Below are positions 18,892-28,871 of a stretch of 63,493 bases of DNA, piece after piece (position 1 is the first letter of the stretch; each line of letters begins with the position of its first letter). A model generated the notes under the pieces. The model saw only the letters and a program-made list of their open reading frames with translations. It was not told where the DNA came from and made no database searches. Source of the stretch: Acidiferrobacterales bacterium (GTDB lineage: Bacteria > Pseudomonadota > Gammaproteobacteria > Acidiferrobacterales > JAJDNE01); NCBI GenBank assembly GCA_048060695.1, contig JBGMQT010000006.1:1-63493 (forward strand), read 5' to 3'. Position numbers and translations under genes: made by a program.

Positions 18892-19244
18892 TTATTTATC
18901 GTCTTGGGACAATATTGATTGCAGTCTAAACACTGTTTGATTATGCATCAATGCAGCGCGTCCATTTACAGGTAACCCGGAAATATCAGTCCATGAAGTT
19001 TTTCAGAGACGAAAGAATGAAAAGTGTGATTTTCACTATTCTTTATCTTTAGCCGCCTATCGCGACTGAAGATGGCAACATTCGCACTCTTTGGTCTAAT
19101 CCTGACGATCTGAATTGCCGGGCCAGGCAAGGGCGCGGAGACTACCCAAAATCAGGCGGTAATTTCCCGGGATTGATAATTGAGAAAGTGCTCCACCCAT
19201 CCACTAACACCACGGTTGATCAGTTCGGGTCACGGATGGTGAAA

Positions 19245-19799
19245 TCAGAATACCCTGTTAATTATCTTCAGCAAGGCCATCAGCAAAAATATCACCAATA
19301 TGGGAGAGAAATCAAAGCCGGATACTGGTGGCAGTAAACGTCTCGCAGGTCGCAAGATCGGCTCGCTGATACTTCTCGCCAGTCCCGCGGCCGGATTCTG
19401 ATATATCGACTGGGGGCTGATCCAGCTAATCAGAATGTCGATGAAGATCGCACCCAGAAAAATATAAATCGCCAGCCTGGTCAGATCGAGAGTAGCAATG
19501 ATGAAAAGTCCTGCGAGTGACGCTTCCTTGCTGACCAGGAAAATGATTAGCGAAAACTCGATAATTTTGAGCACCACCAATAGAACGATCGATGCCAGGT
19601 CGATTCCCCACAATCCCGGAATAATTCTTCGTAGCGGTATTAACGGCGGATTGGTAATTTTTACAAGCCCCTGTGAGATCGGGTTATAGAAATCCGCGCG
19701 CGCCATCTGCAGGATCAGGCGTAGCATGACCATGAATATGAAAATACCGAATACCAGCCGTATCAGGTCAAGCAGTAACTCAGTTCCCAGTCCGTTCAT
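19245..19799 (-). CDS. yggT: YggT family membrane protein
   Basis: RADFYNPISQ, PLRRIIP, GFDFSP; downstream of proC. Confidence 0.92.
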   Translation of the reverse strand: MNGLGTELLLDLIRLVFGIFIFMVMLRLILQMARADFYNPISQGLVKITNPPLIPLRRIIPGLWGIDLASIVLLVVLKIIEFSLIIFLVSKEASLAGLFIIATLDLTRLAIYIFLGAIFIDILISWISPQSIYQNPAAGLARSISEPILRPARRLLPPVSGFDFSPILVIFLLMALLKIINRVF

Positions 19800-20626
19800 T
19801 GTTCTTTTCCCAGCAGTTCTGCAAGTTCACGCGATCGCCGCGTTGCCGCGTTGAGTGCGTTCTCAAACATGGCGCGTATATTGTTGTCTTCAAATGACTT
19901 GATAGCCTTCTCCGTCGTACCCCCTGGTGAAGTAACACGCTGTCGCAGGTCCGCTAGCCCTGCACTGTCTTCCAGAGCCATTTTGGCAGCGCCGAACGCG
20001 GTTTCCAATGTTAACAGTCTTGCGGTATCGGCACGGAGTCCTTGTTTTATCGCCGCCTCCTCCAGCGCTTCCATCACCAGGAAGAAATAGGCTGGCCCGC
20101 TGCCGGACAAGGCGGTAACCACATCCATCAAATCTTCGTTGTCGACCCAGACCACGATGCCCGTGGCACGCAAGATGGTCTCGGCGATATCACGCAGTTC
20201 GGCGCCGACATTATTTTTCGCATACAGACCGGTTGCTCCGGAACCAATAAGGGCCGCTGTGTTGGGCATGGCGCGTACCAACGGCACATCTTCACCCAGC
20301 CACTTACCCAGGCTGCTGGTACGAATCCCCGCCGCAATAGAAATTACCAGCGATTTATTCTTACCTACGGTACCGGCCAGTTCTTTAGCCACTTTTGGCA
20401 GGACCTGTGGTTTAATCGCCAGCACGACAATATCGGCCGGTTTGACAGCGTCAATATTACTGTCGGTAGTCTTGATGCCCAGCGCCTGTCCAAACGCCTG
20501 TCGAGCAGCGGGGTCGGGATCAGAAACTAGCAGGTCGTCGCGAGACCAGCCATTTTTTAGCAGCCCACCTACCAGGCTGCGAGCCATGTTGCCGCCACCA
20601 ATAAATGCGATTGTGCGATGTGTCAT
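19796..20626 (-). CDS. proC: Pyrroline-5-carboxylate reductase
   Basis: IAFIGGGNMA, RAMPNT, SGSGPAY, VTSPGGTT; likely ATG 20626. Confidence 0.96.
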   Translation of the reverse strand: MTHRTIAFIGGGNMARSLVGGLLKNGWSRDDLLVSDPDPAARQAFGQALGIKTTDSNIDAVKPADIVVLAIKPQVLPKVAKELAGTVGKNKSLVISIAAGIRTSSLGKWLGEDVPLVRAMPNTAALIGSGATGLYAKNNVGAELRDIAETILRATGIVVWVDNEDLMDVVTALSGSGPAYFFLVMEALEEAAIKQGLRADTARLLTLETAFGAAKMALEDSAGLADLRQRVTSPGGTTEKAIKSFEDNNIRAMFENALNAATRRSRELAELLGKEQ

Positions 20627-20856
20627 TTGAATTTTATCAACCAGTGCCTGCCAACAGCCAGAAAATAGTGCTATCTCAGGCAAATTATTGTTATCTGAAC
20701 TGTCCTGATTCTTGCATTACCGCCGCCAGTCTTCAATCACAACAGCTCCGTTATCGGGTGTACCGGGCCATGGCTTGTTTGTCTGTGCATGGCAGATATA
20801 CTTGTATCTGGTGCTGGCCCCCACTGGCTGAATAAATATAATGATCTGGAGCGGCG

Positions 20857-21930
20857 ATGGATATAGCTGAACTTTTGGCATTTGCCTTTAAACAGGGCTC
20901 TTCCGATTTGCATTTGTCGTCGGGATTACCACCGATGATTCGTGTCGATGGCGATATCAAACGAATTAATGTCGACGCCCTTGATGATAGAACCGTACAT
21001 AATATGGTGTACGACATCATGAACGACAAGCAGCAAAAGGACTTTGAAGAGTTCCTTGAGACTGACTTTTCGTTTGAATTGCCCAATATCGCGCGATTTC
21101 GTGTCAATGCCTTTAACCAGCAACGTGGCCCGGCAGCGGTATTTCGAACCATCCCTTCCAAGATTCTGTCACTGGAGCAGCTGAACGCGCCGGAGGGCTT
21201 TAAGGGAATTTCGAATCAGCCTCGTGGCATTGTACTGGTGACGGGTCCAACCGGTTCCGGTAAGTCCACTACCCTGGCCGCGATGGTGAACCACCTCAAC
21301 GAAACCAAGCACGAGCATATTCTTACTATCGAGGATCCCATCGAATTCGTACATACCAGTAAAAACTGCCTGGTCAATCAGCGCGAAGTCGGTCGCGATA
21401 CACTGGGGTTCAACGAAGCCCTGCGCAGCGCACTGCGTGAAGATCCTGATATTATTCTCATTGGTGAGCTGCGAGATCTTGAGACCATACGACTTGCTTT
21501 AACAGCGGCTGAAACCGGCCACCTGGTGTTCGGTACCTTGCACACCAGTTCGGCAGCGAAAACCATTGATCGTATTGTCGACGTTTTCCCCGCCGCGGAG
21601 AAAGATATGGTGCGGTCCATGTTGTCGGAGTCACTGCGGGCTGTGATTTCGCAGACGTTATTGAAAAAAATTGGTGGTGGACGGGTGGCCGCGCACGAGA
21701 TCATGATCGGCACACCGGCGATTCGTAACCTTATTCGTGAAGCCAAAGTGGCACAGATGTACTCTGCCATCCAGACCAGCCAGAATGTTGGTATGCAGAC
21801 CCTTGACCAATGCCTGGTGGAGCTGGTGCGGCAACGCCAGGTGACTAATGACGAAGCGCGCATTCGTGCCATGAACAAAGACCTGTTCATGGGGGCGGTT
21901 ACTGGCGCGCCCGCAGCCGCCGGGGGCTAA
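20857..21930 (+). CDS. pilT: Type IV pilus retraction ATPase PilT
   Basis: MDIAELL, GPTGSGKST, EDPIE, AETGH, AIRNLIRE motif. Confidence 0.97.
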   Translation: MDIAELLAFAFKQGSSDLHLSSGLPPMIRVDGDIKRINVDALDDRTVHNMVYDIMNDKQQKDFEEFLETDFSFELPNIARFRVNAFNQQRGPAAVFRTIPSKILSLEQLNAPEGFKGISNQPRGIVLVTGPTGSGKSTTLAAMVNHLNETKHEHILTIEDPIEFVHTSKNCLVNQREVGRDTLGFNEALRSALREDPDIILIGELRDLETIRLALTAAETGHLVFGTLHTSSAAKTIDRIVDVFPAAEKDMVRSMLSESLRAVISQTLLKKIGGGRVAAHEIMIGTPAIRNLIREAKVAQMYSAIQTSQNVGMQTLDQCLVELVRQRQVTNDEARIRAMNKDLFMGAVTGAPAAAGG

Positions 21931-21972
21931 CAGGATTGTCCCGGATTCCGGTGAACTGTCAGGAGAAAGCAG

Positions 21973-23088
21973 ATGGTATTCAGTGACCTGCTGAAATTAA
22001 TGAAGCAGAAAAACGCCTCGGACCTGTTTATTACAGCCGGTGTGGCACCCAGTATCAAGGTGGATGGCAAGATCATTCCAGTCACCAAGCAGCGTCTAAC
22101 CATGGAGCAATCCCGCGCTTTTGCCTACGGTATTATGAATGAAGAGCAACGTCGTGATTTCGAAGCCTCCAATGAATGTAATTTCGCGATCTCGCCACAG
22201 GAGATCGGTCGCTTTCGCGTTAACGTGTTTATGCAACAACACCAGGTAGGCATGGTGCTGCGTACCATCGAGACCGATATTCCCCGATTTGATGACCTCA
22301 ATCTGCCCAAGGTACTGTCAGATCTGTCGCTGACCAAACGTGGCCTGATTATTTTTGTAGGCGGCACTGGCTCTGGTAAATCCACTTCGCTGGCGGCGAT
22401 GATCGGCTATCGTAACGAATACAGTTATGGCCACATTATCACCATTGAGGACCCAATCGAGTATGTGCACCAGCACAAAAACTGCATTGTTACCCAGCGC
22501 GAAGTGGGCGTGGACACCGAGTCATTTGATACGGCGCTGAAGAATACCCTGCGCCAGGCGCCGGATGTAATACTGATTGGTGAGGTTCGTTCTCGCGAGA
22601 CAATGGACTACGCAGTTCAATTCGCCGAAACTGGCCACCTTTGTTTGTGTACCTTGCATGCGAACAGTTCAAACCAGGCACTTGATCGTATCATCAACTT
22701 TTTCCCGCAGGACAAACGTCAGCAATTGCTGATGGATTTGTCACTCAACCTGAAGGCGATAATCTCGCAGCGACTGGTTCCGGTTAAAACCGGCAAGGGC
22801 CGTGTGCCGGCAGTAGAAGTGATGATCAACGTCGCCCTGATCGCTGATTTAATTCTGGAAGGCAAGATTCACGAGCTCAAGGAGTTGATGGCGAAGTCGG
22901 GCGAGGCCGGTATGCAGACCTTTGATCAATCCCTGTTTAATTTGTATGAGTCTGGACTTATTACGTACGACGAAACCTTGCGAAATGCGGACTCTATCAA
23001 TGACTTGCGGCTGCGCATCAAACTTGAGGGCAAGGAAGCCGATAGCCAGGAACTGGGCGATTCCATGAAAAACCTGACGGTCAATTAG
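21973..23088 (+). CDS. pilU: Type IV pilus ATPase PilU
   Basis: ASDLFIT, GGTGSGKST, ALKNTLRQAPD, GMQTFDQ; follows pilT. Confidence 0.95.
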   Translation: MVFSDLLKLMKQKNASDLFITAGVAPSIKVDGKIIPVTKQRLTMEQSRAFAYGIMNEEQRRDFEASNECNFAISPQEIGRFRVNVFMQQHQVGMVLRTIETDIPRFDDLNLPKVLSDLSLTKRGLIIFVGGTGSGKSTSLAAMIGYRNEYSYGHIITIEDPIEYVHQHKNCIVTQREVGVDTESFDTALKNTLRQAPDVILIGEVRSRETMDYAVQFAETGHLCLCTLHANSSNQALDRIINFFPQDKRQQLLMDLSLNLKAIISQRLVPVKTGKGRVPAVEVMINVALIADLILEGKIHELKELMAKSGEAGMQTFDQSLFNLYESGLITYDETLRNADSINDLRLRIKLEGKEADSQELGDSMKNLTVN

Positions 23089-23137
23089 GTAAAGATATTT
23101 GCAGCACCTGGGCTTCGACTACAGTTAGACTCTTGTA

Positions 23138-24421
23138 TCAGGCCTCCAATTCGAAAACTTTTTCACCACCGACAATGGTGTGGGTTGCACGGCCTTTAAG
23201 TTCCCAGCCAAGGAACGGGCTGTTGTGGCCACGACTGACCATGTCCTGATCGCGCAGGGTCCAGCGCCCATCCGGGTCAAAGATACAAATATCGGCTGTG
23301 GCCCCCACCGTGAGATTGCCAGTATCGACGCCTATTATTTCGGCCGGTTCCGAGGTGAGTGCGGCAATGGCGCGCGTCATATCAATCAGCTTTTCGTCGA
23401 CCAGGCGCAGTGTTAACGGTAGCAGTGTTTCGAGACCGGAAATGCCGGGTTCAGACACACTGAAGGGTGCCAGCTTGGCGTCGGCCTCGTGTGGTTGATG
23501 GTCCGAGCAGACGACACTGATAACCCCGTCTTTTACCGCCTGACGTAAGCCATCGCGATCTCGTTGACTACGAAAAGGCGGCAATACATGGCACTGACTA
23601 TTGAAGAAACCAATATCGTGTTCGGTCAGGTGCAGGTGGTGTGCCGTTACATCGGCCGTGACAAACAGACCGCGCTGCTGTGCTTCGGCCACCATGGCGA
23701 CAGCCCGTGCCGTCGATAACTGGCAAAAATGTGCGCGCACGCCAGTTTGCTCTATCAGCGCAATATCTCGCGCCACTGCCACGGTCTCGGCGGCTTCCGG
23801 GATGCCCGGCAAACCGAGGCGGGTACCTACCTCGCCTTCGTGTGCACATCCACTGCCATGCAGCCAGGGATCTTCCGAGTGCAGGAATACCGTGAGATCA
23901 AAACTGGCAGCGTATTCCATGGCACGGCGCATAACCAGGGTGTTGGTAATGGGTTTCAGTGCGTTGCTGACACCGACACAACCGGCCTCATCCAGTGACT
24001 CCATATCTGACAGGCGTTCACCCTTCAGGCCCGTGGTTAATGCACCCAGGGGATGAATAAAGGCCAAACCAAATCGCCAGGCGCGTTGTTGAATCATTTG
24101 TGCCATGGCCGGAGTATCGACGACAGGATTGGTATCCGGTGGCGTTACCAGTGTGGTGATTCCGGCTGATACCGCGGCCTGTACCTCGCTTTCAATGGTG
24201 GCCTTGTACTCCAGCCCCGGTTCACGAACGCGGGCGCGCAGATCCACCAGGCCGGGGCAGACGATCTTGCCCTTGGCGTCGATGGTGGTGGTGGCCTTGA
24301 AACCGTCTGGCGTCTTACCGATAGCCAGGAGAAATCCGCCATCGTCGACGAACACATCGGCCTTGCCGTTGATGTCATTGAGCGGGTCAATCACATGGCC
24401 GCTCTTGATATGCAGGCTCAT
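23138..24421 (-). CDS. pyrC: Dihydroorotase-like protein, probably inactive PyrC' (ATCase structural subunit)
   Basis: Amidohydrolase fold; DLRAR replaces the metal-binding DxHxH; follows pyrB. Confidence 0.88.
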   Translation of the reverse strand: MSLHIKSGHVIDPLNDINGKADVFVDDGGFLLAIGKTPDGFKATTTIDAKGKIVCPGLVDLRARVREPGLEYKATIESEVQAAVSAGITTLVTPPDTNPVVDTPAMAQMIQQRAWRFGLAFIHPLGALTTGLKGERLSDMESLDEAGCVGVSNALKPITNTLVMRRAMEYAASFDLTVFLHSEDPWLHGSGCAHEGEVGTRLGLPGIPEAAETVAVARDIALIEQTGVRAHFCQLSTARAVAMVAEAQQRGLFVTADVTAHHLHLTEHDIGFFNSQCHVLPPFRSQRDRDGLRQAVKDGVISVVCSDHQPHEADAKLAPFSVSEPGISGLETLLPLTLRLVDEKLIDMTRAIAALTSEPAEIIGVDTGNLTVGATADICIFDPDGRWTLRDQDMVSRGHNSPFLGWELKGRATHTIVGGEKVFELEA

Positions 24422-25395
24422 TCCGATTCACTCCGATCACGTTGCGGGCCACCGCCCATGACCAGCGCCATTACTGCCATGCGTACGGCAATGCCGTTGG
24501 TGACCTGAGGCAAGATGACGCTTCGCTCACTATCAGCAACCGTGGAATCGATTTCAAGACCACGGTTCATCGGGCCGGGATGCATGACAATGGCATCCTC
24601 TTTCGCTACCGACAATTTTTCGTCGGTGAGGCCATAGACGCGGAAATATTCTTGTTCGCTCGGAACCAGCGCACCCTGCATGCGTTCGCGTTGCAATCGC
24701 AGCATCACCACCACATCAACGTCTTCCAGCCCTTCGTACATATTGTAAAATTCCCTAACGCCCAGTTTTTCAATCGCCGTAGGTAGCAATGTTTTCGGCG
24801 CCACTACTCTCACTTCAGCCGTGCCGAGAATGTTGAGGGCGTGGATCAGTGATCGTGCCACGCGTGAGTGCAGGATGTCGCCAACTATGGCTATCTTCAG
24901 GTTGGTGAAATCCGTTTTGTAGCGACGGATGGTAAACACATCGAGCATGGCTTGGGTGGGGTGGGCATGACGACCGTCACCGGCATTGATCAGGCGCACA
25001 TGGGACGGCAAGTGTTTTGCGATCAGGAACGCAGCCCCGCTATTGCTGTGGCGTACCACAAACAGGTCGGTATGCATGGCTTCGAGATTATCGATGGTGT
25101 CCAGTACGGTTTCGCCCTTACTAGTGGACGAGATGTTCGGGTTGAGGTTGATTACATCGGCGGAAAGACGTTTGGCGGCGATTTCAAATGTGGTACGGGT
25201 ACGGGTGCTGGATTCGAAGAACAGGTTGACGACAGTTTTACCTCGCAGCAACGGCACCTTTTTAATCTCACGTTGGCCAACCGATGCAAATGATTCTGCG
25301 GTATCAAGAATTTCGACGATGGTTTCTTTCTTGAGACCTTCAATAGTCAGGAAGTGATGCAATCGACCCTCGTTGTCGAGTTGCAGGTCTTCCAT
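24418..25395 (-). CDS. pyrB: Aspartate carbamoyltransferase catalytic subunit
   Basis: [29 protein letters not shown]. Confidence 0.97.
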   Translation of the reverse strand: MEDLQLDNEGRLHHFLTIEGLKKETIVEILDTAESFASVGQREIKKVPLLRGKTVVNLFFESSTRTRTTFEIAAKRLSADVINLNPNISSTSKGETVLDTIDNLEAMHTDLFVVRHSNSGAAFLIAKHLPSHVRLINAGDGRHAHPTQAMLDVFTIRRYKTDFTNLKIAIVGDILHSRVARSLIHALNILGTAEVRVVAPKTLLPTAIEKLGVREFYNMYEGLEDVDVVVMLRLQRERMQGALVPSEQEYFRVYGLTDEKLSVAKEDAIVMHPGPMNRGLEIDSTVADSERSVILPQVTNGIAVRMAVMALVMGGGPQRDRSESE

Positions 25396-25934
25396 TACGG
25401 ATTGACCTCCTGAATCACCAGCGATAGTTTTTCCGGCCCGGTAAGTTTGATCTGTTGATTGGGCTTAAGCGCCACCGTTTCACCGACCACGTCAGCCTGA
25501 ATTGGTAGTTCACGCCCGTCCCTGCAGAGCAGTACCGTAAGTTGAATCGATGCGGGTCTGCCGTAGTCAAAAATTTCGTTCATCGCCGCGCGCATGGTAC
25601 GTCCGGTGTGTAATACATCATCCACCAGAATGACGTGGCGGTCTTCCACATTGAACGGCAGGTCTGAGGCCTTCACCTGCGGATTCAGACCGATGCGCGT
25701 AAAGTCGTCACGATAAAATGAAATGTCGAGCGTGCCGATGGGTTCGGAAAGACCCAGCAGCGCGTGCAGACGTTGGGCAATCCAGGCGCCACCGGAGTGA
25801 ATGCCAATCATGACAGGATTTTTGTCAAGCAGGGGCCGCAACCGGTCGGCGATGTTGCCCAAGGTCGCATCGACATCAATCTGACTCAATCCCTGATTTA
25901 ATCCCTGATTCAATATCAGACCCCGCTTGTTCAC
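25395..25934 (-). CDS. pyrR: PyrR bifunctional regulator/uracil phosphoribosyltransferase
   Basis: [29 protein letters not shown]; start uncertain (25934 GTG or 25889 TTG). Confidence 0.93.
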   Translation of the reverse strand: MNKRGLILNQGLNQGLSQIDVDATLGNIADRLRPLLDKNPVMIGIHSGGAWIAQRLHALLGLSEPIGTLDISFYRDDFTRIGLNPQVKASDLPFNVEDRHVILVDDVLHTGRTMRAAMNEIFDYGRPASIQLTVLLCRDGRELPIQADVVGETVALKPNQQIKLTGPEKLSLVIQEVNP

Positions 25935-26340
25935 TCAGGTAGGTTTGCAAAATACTTTGCGCTGCCAGCTTGTCGAGTACCGGCTTGTGGCGTTTCTCCA
26001 CGACACCGGCATTATAGAGTTGTGTTCGGGCGTCGCGGGTTGTGAGGCGTTCATCAACCATATGCACGGGCAGATTGTAACGGCCATTGAGACGATTACC
26101 AAACTTTCTGGCCCTGGGAGTAACCGGATTGTCGCCGCCATCCATATTCAGGGGCAATCCCACCACCAGGGCTACCGGTTTCCACTCGTCGATCAGTTTG
26201 CTGATGGCCCCCCAATCGACCCGACCACGGAGTACCCGCACCGTTGTCAGCGGGTGTGCCTGGCCAGTATTGGTATTTCCCACGGCGATACCGATGGTTT
26301 TCTCACCATAGTCGAAGCTCAGGAGGGTGCTTGATGCCAT
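25876..26340 (-). CDS. ruvX: YqgF/RuvX nuclease
   Basis: SFDYGEKTIGIAVG, VGLPLNMDG, DERLTT. Confidence 0.95.
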   Translation of the reverse strand: MASSTLLSFDYGEKTIGIAVGNTNTGQAHPLTTVRVLRGRVDWGAISKLIDEWKPVALVVGLPLNMDGGDNPVTPRARKFGNRLNGRYNLPVHMVDERLTTRDARTQLYNAGVVEKRHKPVLDKLAAQSILQTYLSEQAGSDIESGIKSGIESD

Positions 26341-26342
26341 CG

Positions 26343-26906
26343 TCAGGCGTGGCCCGCGTCTCCTGATAGTGTGCTCATGTCTACCCCCAATTTTGTAGCC
26401 GCCGCCTGCCAGCGCTGTTCTTCTGGTACGCGGAAAACAATGTTGTTGTCGGCAGGCCCGTTCAACCAGGCGTTATCGGTCAATTCCTGTTCCAGTTGTC
26501 CGGGGCCCCATCCGGCATAACCCAATGCCACCAGCCAGTTATCCGGACCACGATCTTCGGCGATAGCGCGCAGCACGTCCTGTGAGGTGGATAACCCCAG
26601 AGTTTCACTCACCGGAAGCGTTGATTCCCAGCTACCTTGCGGTTCGTGCAACACAAAACCATGATCGTTTTGTACCGGCCCACCCTGGTAGATCGGCGAA
26701 TCACTGTGGTGTGCGTGTTGTGGGTTGATGTCGATTTGCTGGAAGATGTCACCCATGGTCATGCTCAGGGGACGATTAATGACCACGCCCAGTGCACCCT
26801 CCGCAGTGTGTTCACACAGCAGGGTGACAGTACGAGAAAAATTGGGGTCTGCCAGCGATGGCATGGCGATCAGAAATTGATTGACGAGCGAAGTGTGTGT
26901 GCCCAT
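26343..26906 (-). CDS. yqgE: YqgE/AlgH family protein
   Basis: FLIAMP, GGPV, LGYAGWGPGQLE, AGHA end. Confidence 0.95.
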   Translation of the reverse strand: MGTHTSLVNQFLIAMPSLADPNFSRTVTLLCEHTAEGALGVVINRPLSMTMGDIFQQIDINPQHAHHSDSPIYQGGPVQNDHGFVLHEPQGSWESTLPVSETLGLSTSQDVLRAIAEDRGPDNWLVALGYAGWGPGQLEQELTDNAWLNGPADNNIVFRVPEEQRWQAAATKLGVDMSTLSGDAGHA

Positions 26907-26990
26907 TAGGTGTCTATTTTAGCACGCGCTTGAGATTGTGTGTGATTGAATTGATGGCAGTGACCATTCCGGTCTTGATTCTAACAGGCG

Positions 26991-27878
26991 CTAGCGCGAT
27001 CTTGGCAGATTAAGTTGCCAGGTTCGCGTCATGTGCAGTAGATCAGTTTCGCGACGAATTTCCGGCGGGAAAGGTGCGAAGGGGGCGGCCAGTTTTGCTG
27101 AACGGATGGCGACATTATCCAGCAGCTTGTAACCTGACGATTGCAGCACGGAGATTCCGTGAATGGTGCCGTTGGGTTTGATGGTGACCTCCAGCGTGAC
27201 TTCACCCGACAGGCCCAGGCGACGCACATTCTCGGGATAGGTCAGGTTGCCCACACGCTGTACTTTGGCTTCCCATTCGGCAATGTATCTTGCGTACCTG
27301 TATTCACGCGTACGTGCATTGAGAAATTTATGTCGTGGTTTGTTTTGTTGCTCTTGCCACTCGCGATTGATTTCGGCCCACTTGCGGGCGCGTTCCTGTT
27401 CCGGTTCGACATTTTGCAGGAAGCCGGCGTCGCGTGGACGACGTTGCTGCTGCGTTATCTCGGGCTTGGGTTTATTTACGCGTACCTTGCGCCGGTCCGC
27501 TGTCTGGCTCATGAGATCGGTTACTTCGCGATTGGGCAGCGCCCGCAGTTGTGGTGTTTGTGGTTGTGTCGGCAGGTCCATATTCTGCTCGCTGATTTCA
27601 CGCACTGGCAGGGGATTACTTGCCACGGAGTCCTTGTCGATGTCGCCACCACCGAACTGGTTGAACTGGGCCAGAAAATCCGCCTCATCCGGTGTCAATT
27701 CGGAGCGGGTCTGGACCAGGGTGACTTCCAGTGTTGGTAGTCCCTGCATTTCTCGCAGTTGCGGTGCGGCAAAGGTTACGCCAAGAATAAGAACCATATG
27801 TGCCAACAGGGCAATGAATGTACTCATGCCCATGCGGTCAGTACTGGAAAAAGACAAATTGGTTTGCGCAGTAGTCAC
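26991..27878 (-). CDS. TonB family energy transducer
   Basis: N-terminal TM with His, DFLAQ, VGNLTYP, SSG..LD, AAPFAPFP, TRTW. Confidence 0.9.
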   Translation of the reverse strand: MTTAQTNLSFSSTDRMGMSTFIALLAHMVLILGVTFAAPQLREMQGLPTLEVTLVQTRSELTPDEADFLAQFNQFGGGDIDKDSVASNPLPVREISEQNMDLPTQPQTPQLRALPNREVTDLMSQTADRRKVRVNKPKPEITQQQRRPRDAGFLQNVEPEQERARKWAEINREWQEQQNKPRHKFLNARTREYRYARYIAEWEAKVQRVGNLTYPENVRRLGLSGEVTLEVTIKPNGTIHGISVLQSSGYKLLDNVAIRSAKLAAPFAPFPPEIRRETDLLHMTRTWQLNLPRSR

Positions 27879-27924
27879 GTTTCCATTTTACCCGGTTTTC
27901 CCTTGTCTTTCCTGCCCGTATGGC

Positions 27925-28863
27925 TCACGACTCTTCGAGCCGCGCTCGCATCGCTGGTGTTATCTGTTCATAATCATCGCCACGACGCCAGGCGTAGACC
28001 AGCCCCAGATCAAATATCAACTGCTCCCATTCAGCTTCGCCGGCAACCGACAAGGTGGCACAGGCGACGCTGGCCGAGCGCGCACTGTTGTGAATAACCG
28101 CAATCGCCGGAATCGGTTTTACCGGCCAGGCGCTGCGCGGATCGATACGGCCAAGGTCCGGAAAGCGACTGTTCCGGGCCGAGAAGCGACACATGGCCTC
28201 ACCGCTCGCAAGTACAATTATTTTTTCTGGCGAGTCGAGCGCAATCGATTGCGGCACGTTGCCGAGTGTGCCGGTGATCGGGCCAATACGCAGCGCAGCC
28301 TGCCGAATACCCAGTTCCTCCATGTGTTCCAGTTGGCTATCGATGGCATAACCGATAGCCAGTAAATCGAAATCCAGTTTTAAATCCGCTTTTCGGCCCC
28401 GCACCCGGATGCCTTTGATTTCGATATCCTTCATGGTCAGGTCCTGTTTCAACAGGTCGTTTATTTTTGTAAAATCGGGTTTCGGTGTTGCCTGATAAAA
28501 TCCCCAAGCTTGCCGCAACGCTCCCAGGGCGGCGGGATTAAAAACACCCCCGGTTTTCTGAAAATAATCCTGTGATTGCTTGATCAGCTCATACAACGAG
28601 GGGTTGGCCGAATACCACTCACCACTTTGCAACAGCGCGTTGGTGCGGGACATGGGCTTGGCTTTCTGTGGGTCGGTAGAGTCAGCAATGAGATTGAGGT
28701 CATTTGTTACTGCCTCAATGGCGCGACGGGCCAGGTCGCGGTCGGTAGAATACAGGACGATCTCGATGTCATAGTTAAACGGTGATTGGTTGATGACATG
28801 CCGATGGTCCTGATTGCACGAAACCAGCGCCAGACTTGTGACCAGTAGAATGACCAGACGCAA
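27925..28863 (-). CDS. ApbE-like lipoprotein with degenerate catalytic motifs
   Basis: Lipobox LVSC; TGGVFNPA, WGF, LDFDLLAIGYAID, IDPRSAWP match the ApbE scaffold but key residues differ. Confidence 0.78.
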   Translation of the reverse strand: MRLVILLVTSLALVSCNQDHRHVINQSPFNYDIEIVLYSTDRDLARRAIEAVTNDLNLIADSTDPQKAKPMSRTNALLQSGEWYSANPSLYELIKQSQDYFQKTGGVFNPAALGALRQAWGFYQATPKPDFTKINDLLKQDLTMKDIEIKGIRVRGRKADLKLDFDLLAIGYAIDSQLEHMEELGIRQAALRIGPITGTLGNVPQSIALDSPEKIIVLASGEAMCRFSARNSRFPDLGRIDPRSAWPVKPIPAIAVIHNSARSASVACATLSVAGEAEWEQLIFDLGLVYAWRRGDDYEQITPAMRARLEES

Positions 28864-28871
28864 TACGCGGT

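Noticed and set aside
18914-18940. Possible MetJ boxes upstream of metX
   Set aside because: Best matches to AGACGTCT are only about 5/8 and 3/8.
18994-19005. Possible MetR site TGAA..TTCA
   Set aside because: Spacer is 4 nt, not the canonical 5.
27247-28365. 372-aa plus-strand ORF
   Set aside because: Antisense to the tonB and apbE-like genes; Arg/Cys-rich composition typical of shadow frames.
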